From the NCBI GenBank assembly GCA_040389905.1, contig JAZJZK010000049.1:1-57964 (forward strand): 57,964 bases of DNA, read 5' to 3'. Position 1 is the stretch's first letter. Every line of letters begins with the position of its first letter. This document shows positions 29,944 to 37,928 of the stretch, piece by piece. This stretch comes from Gemmatimonadota bacterium. GTDB taxonomy: Bacteria > Gemmatimonadota > Gemmatimonadetes > Gemmatimonadales > Gemmatimonadaceae. The notes below the pieces were generated by a model. That model ran no database searches. It had not been told where the DNA came from and was given only the letters and a program-made list of their open reading frames with translations. The position numbers and the translations under genes were made by a program.

Positions 29944-30735
29944 CTACTTCTTCCACGTTGCAACCGTTTCATGGGCAATGCGCTGTAGAAGACGTATCGT
30001 CGCCTCGTCGTCGCCGAGCCGAACCCCGGCGACGACTCCGACCCCGGGGAGGCTCCGCGCGTCACGGCCCGTAATGTGTTCGTACAGAACAATTGCAGTG
30101 AGATAGGTGCCAAGGGAAGACGGATGGTATCCGTCGCCGCCGTAGAGCCGCAGCGCGGGATTTGCCGCCCACGCGGCGCGCCACGCTTCCCCCGCGGCGT
30201 AGCAGGTGCCGTTCACGGCGCTCGCCTCGAGCGTGCACGTGTCGCGCGTTTCGTCGAAGAGCCGCGGATACTGCGTCTGCTGCGACGCAGACGGCCACGT
30301 CATCAGGGCGGCGATGCGTCCCCCAGAGGCGCGCACCACCGGATCGAACAGCTTCGCGGCGAGAATGAGCGTATCGCGATCGAGCCCTGCCGGAGTCGGA
30401 CCCTGTTGGAGAACGACGAGCTCCCACTTCTGCGACCGCACGGCGGTCATCGCCTGACTTCCCTGTAGACCGAGCGCGTGATCGATCACCGCGAAATCCG
30501 GCAGCGCGATCGTGGTGATCGCGAGGGTATCGCCCGAGGCCAGCGCCAGCGCGGCGAGCGTGCCCGGAAGATTGTTGACGTAGGTCAGGCTATTGCCGAT
30601 GAACAGAATCGGACGGCCCGGTTGCGAGCCAACCTGCACCGGCATCGTCTCCGACGTAAGCGCGCACGCACAGAGCGCGAGCGTGGCGGCCGCCCTCCAT
30701 ACCCCACGAACGCCACCTGATTGAGGCCGAGACAT
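29944..30735 (-). CDS. SGNH-like hydrolase (paralog 2)
   Basis: ILFIGNSLTYVN, VVLQQGPT, DGYHPS; similar along its length to 28473-29222. Confidence 0.85.
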   Translation of the reverse strand: MSRPQSGGVRGVWRAAATLALCACALTSETMPVQVGSQPGRPILFIGNSLTYVNNLPGTLAALALASGDTLAITTIALPDFAVIDHALGLQGSQAMTAVRSQKWELVVLQQGPTPAGLDRDTLILAAKLFDPVVRASGGRIAALMTWPSASQQTQYPRLFDETRDTCTLEASAVNGTCYAAGEAWRAAWAANPALRLYGGDGYHPSSLGTYLTAIVLYEHITGRDARSLPGVGVVAGVRLGDDEATIRLLQRIAHETVATWKK

Positions 30736-30898
30736 GCGCCGAGAATGGCACCCGTCCCGATTGGTGACCATGCCGTTGGGACTAACCGCTCTGCTGCGGG
30801 CCGAGCCGTGTGCGCGCTGGGTTGCACGGCTCATCCCGCGGTCGTGCGGTTGGTCCCACCCCCCTCGCGCACGCGCGCCACGAGCGACATTGTGCCGT

Positions 30899-31708
30899 AT
30901 GATCCATCGAGTCCTTCTGGTCGACGACGAGCCGCTCGCGAGGGAGCGCCTGTCCGGAATGGTGCGCGCATACCAGCCGGATGCCGACGTTCGCGAAGTG
31001 GGGAACGGTGATCAGGCAGTCGAGATGATTCGCGATTGGGCGCCGGAGCTCGTCTTTCTCGACGTCCAGATGCCGGGCCGCGATGGCTTCGAAGTCGTCG
31101 CGGCAATCGGAGCCGAGCAGATGCCACCGACCGTATTCGTAACAGCCTTCGACCGACATGCGATTCGCGCCTTCGAAGTCGCTGCCGTGGACTACCTGCT
31201 CAAGCCATTCGACGAGGCGCGCTTTCGTGCGGCATGGCATCGCGGCGCGACCCAGAAGGGGCTTCGCACCCTGATGGCCGAATCGACTCGGCTTGCGGCG
31301 CTGTTTACAGAAGCGGGAGGCACGCCCTCGCGTCAGGCGGCACGCACCGCGCCGCCCGACACCAACCGACGATGGGCCGATCGTGTGGTCGTGAAGAAGG
31401 ACCAGCGCACGACGATCGTCAGTCTCGCGACGGTGCAATTCATCGAATCGTCCGGGAACTACGCGGTGCTTCACGCCGGGTCCGAGCAACACGTCGTTCG
31501 AGAGACGCTGAGCAGCCTCGAGTCGCGACTCGATCCGGAGCGCTTCGTGCGCATTCATCGTCGCGTGATCGTCGCGATCGATGCGATACGGGAGCTTCAG
31601 CCGTGGTTTGGGGGCGATCAGGTCCTGATTCTCCGCGACGGTCGCCAACTCCGCGTGAGCCGGAGTCAGCGCGAGCACGTCGCGCGACGGCTTGCCGGGC
31701 TGGGCTGA
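30899..31708 (+). CDS. LytTR family response regulator
   Basis: VDDEPLARE, FLDVQMP, FVTAFD, DYLLKP, FVRIHR. Confidence 0.95.
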   Translation: MIHRVLLVDDEPLARERLSGMVRAYQPDADVREVGNGDQAVEMIRDWAPELVFLDVQMPGRDGFEVVAAIGAEQMPPTVFVTAFDRHAIRAFEVAAVDYLLKPFDEARFRAAWHRGATQKGLRTLMAESTRLAALFTEAGGTPSRQAARTAPPDTNRRWADRVVVKKDQRTTIVSLATVQFIESSGNYAVLHAGSEQHVVRETLSSLESRLDPERFVRIHRRVIVAIDAIRELQPWFGGDQVLILRDGRQLRVSRSQREHVARRLAGLG

Positions 31709-32780
31709 CACGTTGCTCGCGCCGGGACGTCGTCTTCTCCTGCTATTCTGGCTCGCCCCTGCCCTCGTCGCAGCGATGGGCATGACGTTGGTTTCCGTTC
31801 GCTACAGCCCCGACCTCACCTTCATCGAGAAGTTCGGCGCACAGCTGCTGATCTGGTATGCGTGGGCGGCCTGGTCACTGATCATCCTCGCCGTCTGTGA
31901 CCGCGTGCCGTTCGAACGCGGACGATTCCGGCGTGCGCTCGCCGTGACGATCCCACTGTCCGTCGTCATCGTGCTCGCGCAGATCCTGGTTGTCTATACC
32001 ATTACGCAGCTCTATGGCCTCGGCCCCGAGCACGGATTGGAGAGCATCATCTATCTCGGAGTCCGTTCCGAGGGCGACATCTACTTCTTCATCTTCTGGG
32101 CGATCGTCGGCGCGCACGCGGCGCTCCGCTGGCACGATGCCTGGCGGGCCGAAACGATCGTCAACGCGCGACTCGGCGCTGACCTTGCGCAGGCGCAGCT
32201 GAACGCACTCAAGGCACAGCTCAATCCACATTTTCTCTTCAATGCGCTGAACTCGGTGGTCACGCTGATCCGCCGCGATGCAGCAGCCGCCGAACAGATG
32301 ACGGTGCGACTCGCCGATCTCTTGCGCAGTACCCTCGCACTCTCGGAGGAACAGGAGATTTCGCTCCGTGATGAAATCGCGCTGGTCGGTCACTACCTCG
32401 AGATCGAACAGATGCGCTTCCACGACCGGCTCACGGTGACGTGGGACATCGATCGCGACGTACGGAACGCGACGCTCCCGTCCCTCGCACTGCAACCGCT
32501 GGTGGAGAATGCGATCGTGCATGGTGTGTCGCGACTGACGGGCGCCGGCACGATCCACATCCAGGCAGATGCGGTGGGTTCGACGCTCGTCGTTTCGATA
32601 CGAGACAACGGTCCGGGCCTCTCGGCAATGTCATCGCGCGGTGGAGCGGGAATCGGTATCGCGAACCTTCGCGCTCGTCTCTCACGATTGTACGGAGATG
32701 GAGCGTCGCTGAGTGTGAGTACGCCGGCCGGCGGCGGATGCGAGGCGCGGCTCGTCGTGCCGCTGCGAGAGGCGACGTAA
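31692..32780 (+). CDS. LytS/YehU-type sensor histidine kinase
   Basis: TM region; LKAQLNPHFLFNALN, QPLVENAIVHG, DNGPG, GIGIANL. Confidence 0.93.
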   Translation: MPGWADTLLAPGRRLLLLFWLAPALVAAMGMTLVSVRYSPDLTFIEKFGAQLLIWYAWAAWSLIILAVCDRVPFERGRFRRALAVTIPLSVVIVLAQILVVYTITQLYGLGPEHGLESIIYLGVRSEGDIYFFIFWAIVGAHAALRWHDAWRAETIVNARLGADLAQAQLNALKAQLNPHFLFNALNSVVTLIRRDAAAAEQMTVRLADLLRSTLALSEEQEISLRDEIALVGHYLEIEQMRFHDRLTVTWDIDRDVRNATLPSLALQPLVENAIVHGVSRLTGAGTIHIQADAVGSTLVVSIRDNGPGLSAMSSRGGAGIGIANLRARLSRLYGDGASLSVSTPAGGGCEARLVVPLREAT

Positions 32781-32788
32781 CGCTTGGA

Positions 32789-33083
32789 TGTCATCCCGAG
32801 CGAAGTCGAGGGGTCGGTGATCTCAACAGGTCGACGCAACACATGGTAACATCATTCGCTACTTGTTTTGTCATCCCGCACGAGCGCAGCGAGTGTCGGG
32901 ATCTACTGTCCGTGCACCGGAAGCCGGTCCCTCGACCCGAATGATAGATCCCGACACTCGTCGCTTCGCTCCTCGTGCGGGATGACAACTTGGTGTTGCG
33001 ACCACCGGTTGACTCGGCCATCGCACGTTCAGTGTTGGTTTAGGTGCCGACCCCTCGACTCGCTTCGCTCGCTCGGGGTGACA
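32789..33083. repeat. TGTCA-ended REP-like palindromic element (family A1) containing a nested element
   Basis: TGTCATCCCGAGCGAAGTCGAGGGGTCGG ... CCGACCCCTCGACTCGCTTCGCTCGCTCGGGGTGACA. Confidence 0.85.
32869..32987. repeat. TGTCA-ended REP-like palindromic element (family A2), nested
   Basis: TGTCATCCCGCACGAG..GAGTGTCGGGATCTA ... TAGATCCCGACACTC..CGTGCGGGATGACA; homologue at 43406-43525. Confidence 0.85.
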
Positions 33084-33089
33084 TCCCGG

Positions 33090-34400
33090 TTACGGTAGCG
33101 GGGTTGATAATAGCACTGGCCTCGTCAAAGGAATCGACGGTTTGCGGTTGCCCGCGTCGTCGTGTTTCTCCCATTGCGAGTTGGCGACGTAGACGAACGA
33201 TGAGCCGATGATCGTGCCAATCGTCGGCTCATCCGCGACCGCGCTGTTTCGGTCGAGTAGCTCACTGCGTGTGATGCGAGTGCCGGTAGCGTCGAGCACG
33301 AAGCGCATGATGCGCGCGGGGGCGACGCCGTTCTGCACGGCAATGATGGCGCCGCGGTGCCACGCGATTCCGTCGCAACCGAGCGACGTCGATGCCGGCG
33401 CATCGGCGAGACGCGATATCGCGCCAGTCTTTACATCGAATCGAAGGAGACCAATCGAGTAGTCCGCCAGATACACCGCTGCGCCGTCGGGCGTCGGCGC
33501 CATGCCCTGGAGGCTGTTGAAGAGCGGGCTGGTAAAGTGCTCCAGTGCATCCTCGCCCGGACGCAGTCGATAGAACGAGGGATCCATCGAGTCCGTCATA
33601 TAGACGGTACCATCGGGCCCCATGGTGACGTCACCGAGCGTGTGCCCGCGCGCGGCCGCCGGAAGGGACCAGCGCTTCTCTATCACGCCATCCGAGATCC
33701 GGACGCGCAAGAGTGCTGCAATGACGGAATCCGCGGGCGTGTACGCTTCCATCTGCGGAATGCCCGCCGTCGTTGCCCAGACGACACCGTGCTCGGCGTC
33801 GACGTGAATGCCGAGTATCGCGCCGACGCCCGGCGCGTTGCGCGCAAGGAGTTCGCGCTCGCTGCCATCGGCCGAGCGCTCGACGATGGTGCGATGACGT
33901 ACGCTTCCGACGTAGAGCCGGCCCGTTCGGCGATCGACGTCGATCCCCTCCGGCCACAGCGTCGAATCGCTGAGCGTGGCGAATACGGTGCTTTTTACGA
34001 CAGGTTTGGTGTTGGCATCGTGACGCGTCTCGAGCTCCCGAAACGCGGGCAGCTGCCGATAGCGGGAGTAGGACGTGTCCGCCCGCAGGTCGAGCCCCAA
34101 GCCGAGATTCGCGATCGTCGTTAGCGCGTCGAGCACGACGGATGTGTCGCCGGCGCGTGCAGCAAGACGCGCGCGCGTGGCGGGATAGTAGATCTGCATC
34201 GGCCATGCGCTTGCGGCGCGATCCACTTCGCGCCGGGTCGTCGCCATGTCGTTCTGCCGCATCGCGGCGCTCGCACGCTGGAGTGCCGAACGTGCCACCG
34301 ACGCGGACTCGGCGGCGGCGTATGGGTTTTCGGAATTGCCGGCCTGCGCGGAGAGCGGCAGGTATGGCGCGACCAGGCAACCGAGGATCAGGATTCTCAT
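33090..34400 (-). CDS. Exported SMP-30/gluconolactonase-like beta-propeller protein with N-terminal helical domain
   Basis: Signal peptide; WPEGIDVD, GDVTMGPDGTVYMTDS, LQGMA, GCDGI. Confidence 0.75.
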   Translation of the reverse strand: MRILILGCLVAPYLPLSAQAGNSENPYAAAESASVARSALQRASAAMRQNDMATTRREVDRAASAWPMQIYYPATRARLAARAGDTSVVLDALTTIANLGLGLDLRADTSYSRYRQLPAFRELETRHDANTKPVVKSTVFATLSDSTLWPEGIDVDRRTGRLYVGSVRHRTIVERSADGSERELLARNAPGVGAILGIHVDAEHGVVWATTAGIPQMEAYTPADSVIAALLRVRISDGVIEKRWSLPAAARGHTLGDVTMGPDGTVYMTDSMDPSFYRLRPGEDALEHFTSPLFNSLQGMAPTPDGAAVYLADYSIGLLRFDVKTGAISRLADAPASTSLGCDGIAWHRGAIIAVQNGVAPARIMRFVLDATGTRITRSELLDRNSAVADEPTIGTIIGSSFVYVANSQWEKHDDAGNRKPSIPLTRPVLLSTPLP

Positions 34401-34484
34401 GCTGGAAGGATGAGTTGCGTGCGTCAATCGCGCGCGCCGCACGGGCCGATTCGTGCGTCCGAGGGGACGAGGCGTCCTCGTTGA

Positions 34485-34686
34485 ACTCGAGTCGGAACTA
34501 ATGAGCCAGAGCGAGAGCTCGAGTCGGAGCTACCAGCTCGAGCGTGAGCCCGAGCGCGAGCTACCAGCCTTGAGCAGATATGAGCTCGAAGCTCGAGCTC
34601 TGAGCTAGAGCTCAAGCTCTGGGCTGCTCATTGCTCGAGGCTCACGCTCACGCTCTCGCTCTCGCTCTCGCTGGTAGCTCAAGCTA
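34485..34686. repeat. GAGCT-rich palindromic repeat element (family B)
   Basis: Collinear with 11787-11956 (GAGCTCGAGTCGGAGCTACCAGC...GAGCAGATA...GAGCTCAAGCTCTGGGC.GCTCATTGCTCGAGGCTCACGCTC...GCTGGTAGCTC). Confidence 0.85.
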
Positions 34687-34689
34687 CCC

Positions 34690-35832
34690 TTAGTATCGCG
34701 ACGTGGCCGGCTGAAACGTGCGCCAACTGTGCCAGAATTCCTGCGACGCATCTAACGGAACAAGCGCGCCCGATACGCCCTTCCCCGTCAGAGCGTAGGC
34801 TTGATCACCGGCCACCAGCGAGTCGTTCCGGATCGCGAATGCCGTCGCGCTATCTGGCCGCACGAACGCAAAAAAGCTGGCGCCGTCCGACGCGAGGGCA
34901 AGCACAATGGGCGCGCGTCCGAGCTGGTCGTTGATCACACGCTCGCGCAGCAGGCGATTCCAATCGTACGCCCTGCTTTCTCTGTGATGCGTGATTCCAA
35001 CGACCCATGACTTGTCGTGCCATGACGCGGTATCCGTCCCGGTGAGGGTACTGCGGCTCGCCCCCGTCTCGAAGTCGAAACTGTTCGAGTACTTCGACTG
35101 TAGCGCCGCGTCTGGTTGCATGATCAGCGAGCCAGGATGCAGAGCCAACCACTGCGCCAGCGTCACTTGCCGACTTGGGATCTCGGCCAGTGCAGCGCCT
35201 TTCTTCGGCCCCGCGATGGCCTCGCCATTTGCCTGTCGCCACCAGGACTTCGTCTCGGAATCCTCGAACATCGCATTCCAGTGGTCCATCCCCACGAGGC
35301 GGAACGTCTGCGTCTTGCCATCGACGTTCGGGCTGAATACTCGGCCAGTGCGACAGACGGTGCAGAAACTCACCATGACTGGAATGCCGGCCACCGTATC
35401 GCGGACCTGATGATGATATCCGATGAACTGCACTGGATACGCCCGCGCCTCACCGTCGATCTCCACCCCGACCACCAGTCGCTTGGCGTCTACGGTATTC
35501 TGGGCAGCGGGGCGCATGACCAGCGATGCAGGAGCGAGGAACATCTTGTCGGCGCTCATGACGAAGTTCGTCATGTACGTGACGACGGCAGCGAGCAGCA
35601 CGGACGCCACGACGCCAATCTTGCGCCAACCGGGCACTCGCCACGCACCGCGCAGACCCACCGCGATCAGGGCGGCCGCCACACCGCGAAACAACCATCG
35701 CCACCCGTAGAGGAAGTAGGCGATATCGATGCTGCGAACGCGCTGGCTGAACGGCAGCGGCATGATGAACCACACATTGGCGAGCTCGAACAACACCAGG
35801 AGTGCGATGCCCGCATAAAACAGCTTTTTCAT
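34690..35832 (-). CDS. DUF3179 domain membrane protein
   Basis: N-terminal TMs; VVGVEIDGEARAYP, HHQVRD, SFCTVCRTG, DSETKSWWRQANGEAIAGP, FWHSW. Confidence 0.88.
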   Translation of the reverse strand: MKKLFYAGIALLVLFELANVWFIMPLPFSQRVRSIDIAYFLYGWRWLFRGVAAALIAVGLRGAWRVPGWRKIGVVASVLLAAVVTYMTNFVMSADKMFLAPASLVMRPAAQNTVDAKRLVVGVEIDGEARAYPVQFIGYHHQVRDTVAGIPVMVSFCTVCRTGRVFSPNVDGKTQTFRLVGMDHWNAMFEDSETKSWWRQANGEAIAGPKKGAALAEIPSRQVTLAQWLALHPGSLIMQPDAALQSKYSNSFDFETGASRSTLTGTDTASWHDKSWVVGITHHRESRAYDWNRLLRERVINDQLGRAPIVLALASDGASFFAFVRPDSATAFAIRNDSLVAGDQAYALTGKGVSGALVPLDASQEFWHSWRTFQPATSRY

Positions 35833-37571
35833 GATGGCAAGATATGCGAAAAGTCCGCTCCCGGAGTCCAGCCACTCGATGTCAGGGCACTCAGCAATGC
35901 CAGCACAGCCTGCTTGTCCACGTGCACCGGCAGCACGAGCAGGTCGCCGTCACGTGACCATTCGAGTGCTCGGCGGACTGCGGCCGTCTCTCCCTCGATG
36001 ATTTCGATTCGCTCGCCTGGCACGCCGAGCCCCGCGAGTTCATCCGCGAGCACTCGCGGTACATCGTACGCCTGCCGTCCGCGAAGCATCGTCGGCATTT
36101 CCTTGATGATGACGTGGTCGAATGGAAGGACGCCAAGGACAACGCGCGCGAGGGCACGGAGTTGATCGTCGTCGCGGTTCCCAGCCTGCCCCAACAGCAA
36201 GAGCCGCCGCACTGCGGGGAACGCACGCGCCGTCTCGCACAGCACCTCCAGACCGCCGGGATTGTGTGCGTAGTCCACCAACACCGTCATTCCACCAAAG
36301 CGATACGACTGCAGACGCCCAGGGTTGTCCTCAGGGGATTCGCCGAAGTGCGCCAGCGTTTCACGGATCGCTTCGACCGGCGCTCCGGCGACTGCGCCCG
36401 CCAACGCCGCGCCGAGGATGTTCTCGACGTTATGTGCCGCAGATCCGCCAAGTGTGAGTGGCATCGCGCTGACGCCGCCGAGGTCATGTCTCGACCCACT
36501 GCACCACACAATCACGCGCCCACCCTCGACCAGAGCGGCATCGCCACCACGCGTGACATGCGCACCAAGCGTTGTATTCTCCGCTGCAGCGGAGAACCAC
36601 GCGATGCGACACGACAGCCGCTGCGCGAGTGCGACGAGCCGCGCATCACCGGCATTGAGCACGAGGCAACCGGTCGGCCCCAGCGGGCGCGCCACCACGC
36701 TCTTCACCTCGGCCAGCTCCTCGATGCTCGTGACGCCGTACTCGCCGAAATGATCGGCGGACACATTGGTGATGATGGCGACGTCCGCCCGACTCGGGGC
36801 AAGGCCTCTCCGCAACACGCCACCGCGCGCCGTTTCGAGAACGGCTGCCTGCACGCGGCGGTCGCGCAGCACGACGCGCGCACCAGCGGGCCCGGAATAA
36901 TCCCCCGCGTCAAGCTGCTCCGCGTCGACCCACACACCGTCGCTGCAACTCCAACCGGCGCTCCGCCCTGTCGCACGCCACATTGCCGCGATCAGTCGCG
37001 TCGTCGTCGTCTTGCCGTTCGAGCCCGTGACGAGGGCAATCGGCACGTCGCGGATACTCGCCCACGGAATCGCCTCGACGGGCGGCACGTCGGCAAGCGG
37101 CCAGCTCACGGATCCTTCGCCACTCCCGATCGTCAACAACTCGTCGTCGAAGGTGACGAGCACGCCGCGCTCGATTGCTGCATCGTACGCCCTTGCGAGG
37201 TTGGGACGCGACGCTCGCTCCTCTGCGGCGAGTCCGCGCAAGCGCGACACCAATGCACCGGTCGCATCAACCTCTGATTCAGCGAGCGCCCACGCCTGCT
37301 CGCTGATCTCCGTCGCCGTCATCAGCACCTCTACCGGCGACGCGACGAACAGACTCGCACCCGATATCGAACTGCGGGAATGCGTGACGGCTTCACCGAG
37401 ATCCAATGCACGAAACAACCGTTGAACCGCTGCCACCCATCCCTCGGTGAGCGCGAGCAACTCGTCTGGCGAACCGCAGATTTCGAGCACGGCACCCGGT
37501 CGCTCGCCATAGAGATTCGGACCCATCAACCGGCGCGAGTCTTCGATCCGCGCCGAGGGGAAGCTGGTCAA
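35829..37571 (-). CDS. CphA-related Mur-ligase protein lacking the ATP-grasp domain
   Basis: Likely TTG start overlapping the DUF1304 stop; SRRLMGPNLY N-terminus; VTGSNGKTTT, AVLETARGGVLRRG, NVSADH, NPGR, DYAHNP, GNRDD. Confidence 0.85.
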   Translation of the reverse strand: MTSFPSARIEDSRRLMGPNLYGERPGAVLEICGSPDELLALTEGWVAAVQRLFRALDLGEAVTHSRSSISGASLFVASPVEVLMTATEISEQAWALAESEVDATGALVSRLRGLAAEERASRPNLARAYDAAIERGVLVTFDDELLTIGSGEGSVSWPLADVPPVEAIPWASIRDVPIALVTGSNGKTTTTRLIAAMWRATGRSAGWSCSDGVWVDAEQLDAGDYSGPAGARVVLRDRRVQAAVLETARGGVLRRGLAPSRADVAIITNVSADHFGEYGVTSIEELAEVKSVVARPLGPTGCLVLNAGDARLVALAQRLSCRIAWFSAAAENTTLGAHVTRGGDAALVEGGRVIVWCSGSRHDLGGVSAMPLTLGGSAAHNVENILGAALAGAVAGAPVEAIRETLAHFGESPEDNPGRLQSYRFGGMTVLVDYAHNPGGLEVLCETARAFPAVRRLLLLGQAGNRDDDQLRALARVVLGVLPFDHVIIKEMPTMLRGRQAYDVPRVLADELAGLGVPGERIEIIEGETAAVRRALEWSRDGDLLVLPVHVDKQAVLALLSALTSSGWTPGADFSHILPS

Positions 37572-37927
37572 TGCGCGAGCACCGAGAGCGCGAGCGCGAT
37601 TGCCGCCGGGAGCGCCTGGACGAACAGGATCTTCTTGCCCACGGTGATTGCCCCGAAGACGCCTGCGACGATGACGCAGATGAGGAAGAAGCAGCGCACC
37701 GCGTTCCCGCCTTCGCCTAAGTAGAGGCTCCACGCCAGCCCTGCAGCGAGGAAGCCGTTGTACAGCCCCTGATTCGCGGCGAGCGTCTTCGATGCGAGCG
37801 CAAACTCCTCCGTCGTATGAAAAACACGGCGTCCGGTTGGCGTGGTCCAGAGGAACATTTCGAGCACGAGAAAATACGCGTGCAGGAGCGCGACGATGCC
37901 GGTGAGTATCGATGCGGCAAGTGCCAT
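37568..37927 (-). CDS. DUF1304 family membrane protein
   Basis: HAYFLVLEMFLW, LAANQGLYNGFLAAGL, ILFVQALP. Confidence 0.92.
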   Translation of the reverse strand: MALAASILTGIVALLHAYFLVLEMFLWTTPTGRRVFHTTEEFALASKTLAANQGLYNGFLAAGLAWSLYLGEGGNAVRCFFLICVIVAGVFGAITVGKKILFVQALPAAIALALSVLAH

Positions 37928-37928
37928 G

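Noticed and set aside
34690..35832. Selenoprotein form of DUF3179
   Set aside because: The motif is an ordinary CTVC with no in-frame TGA.
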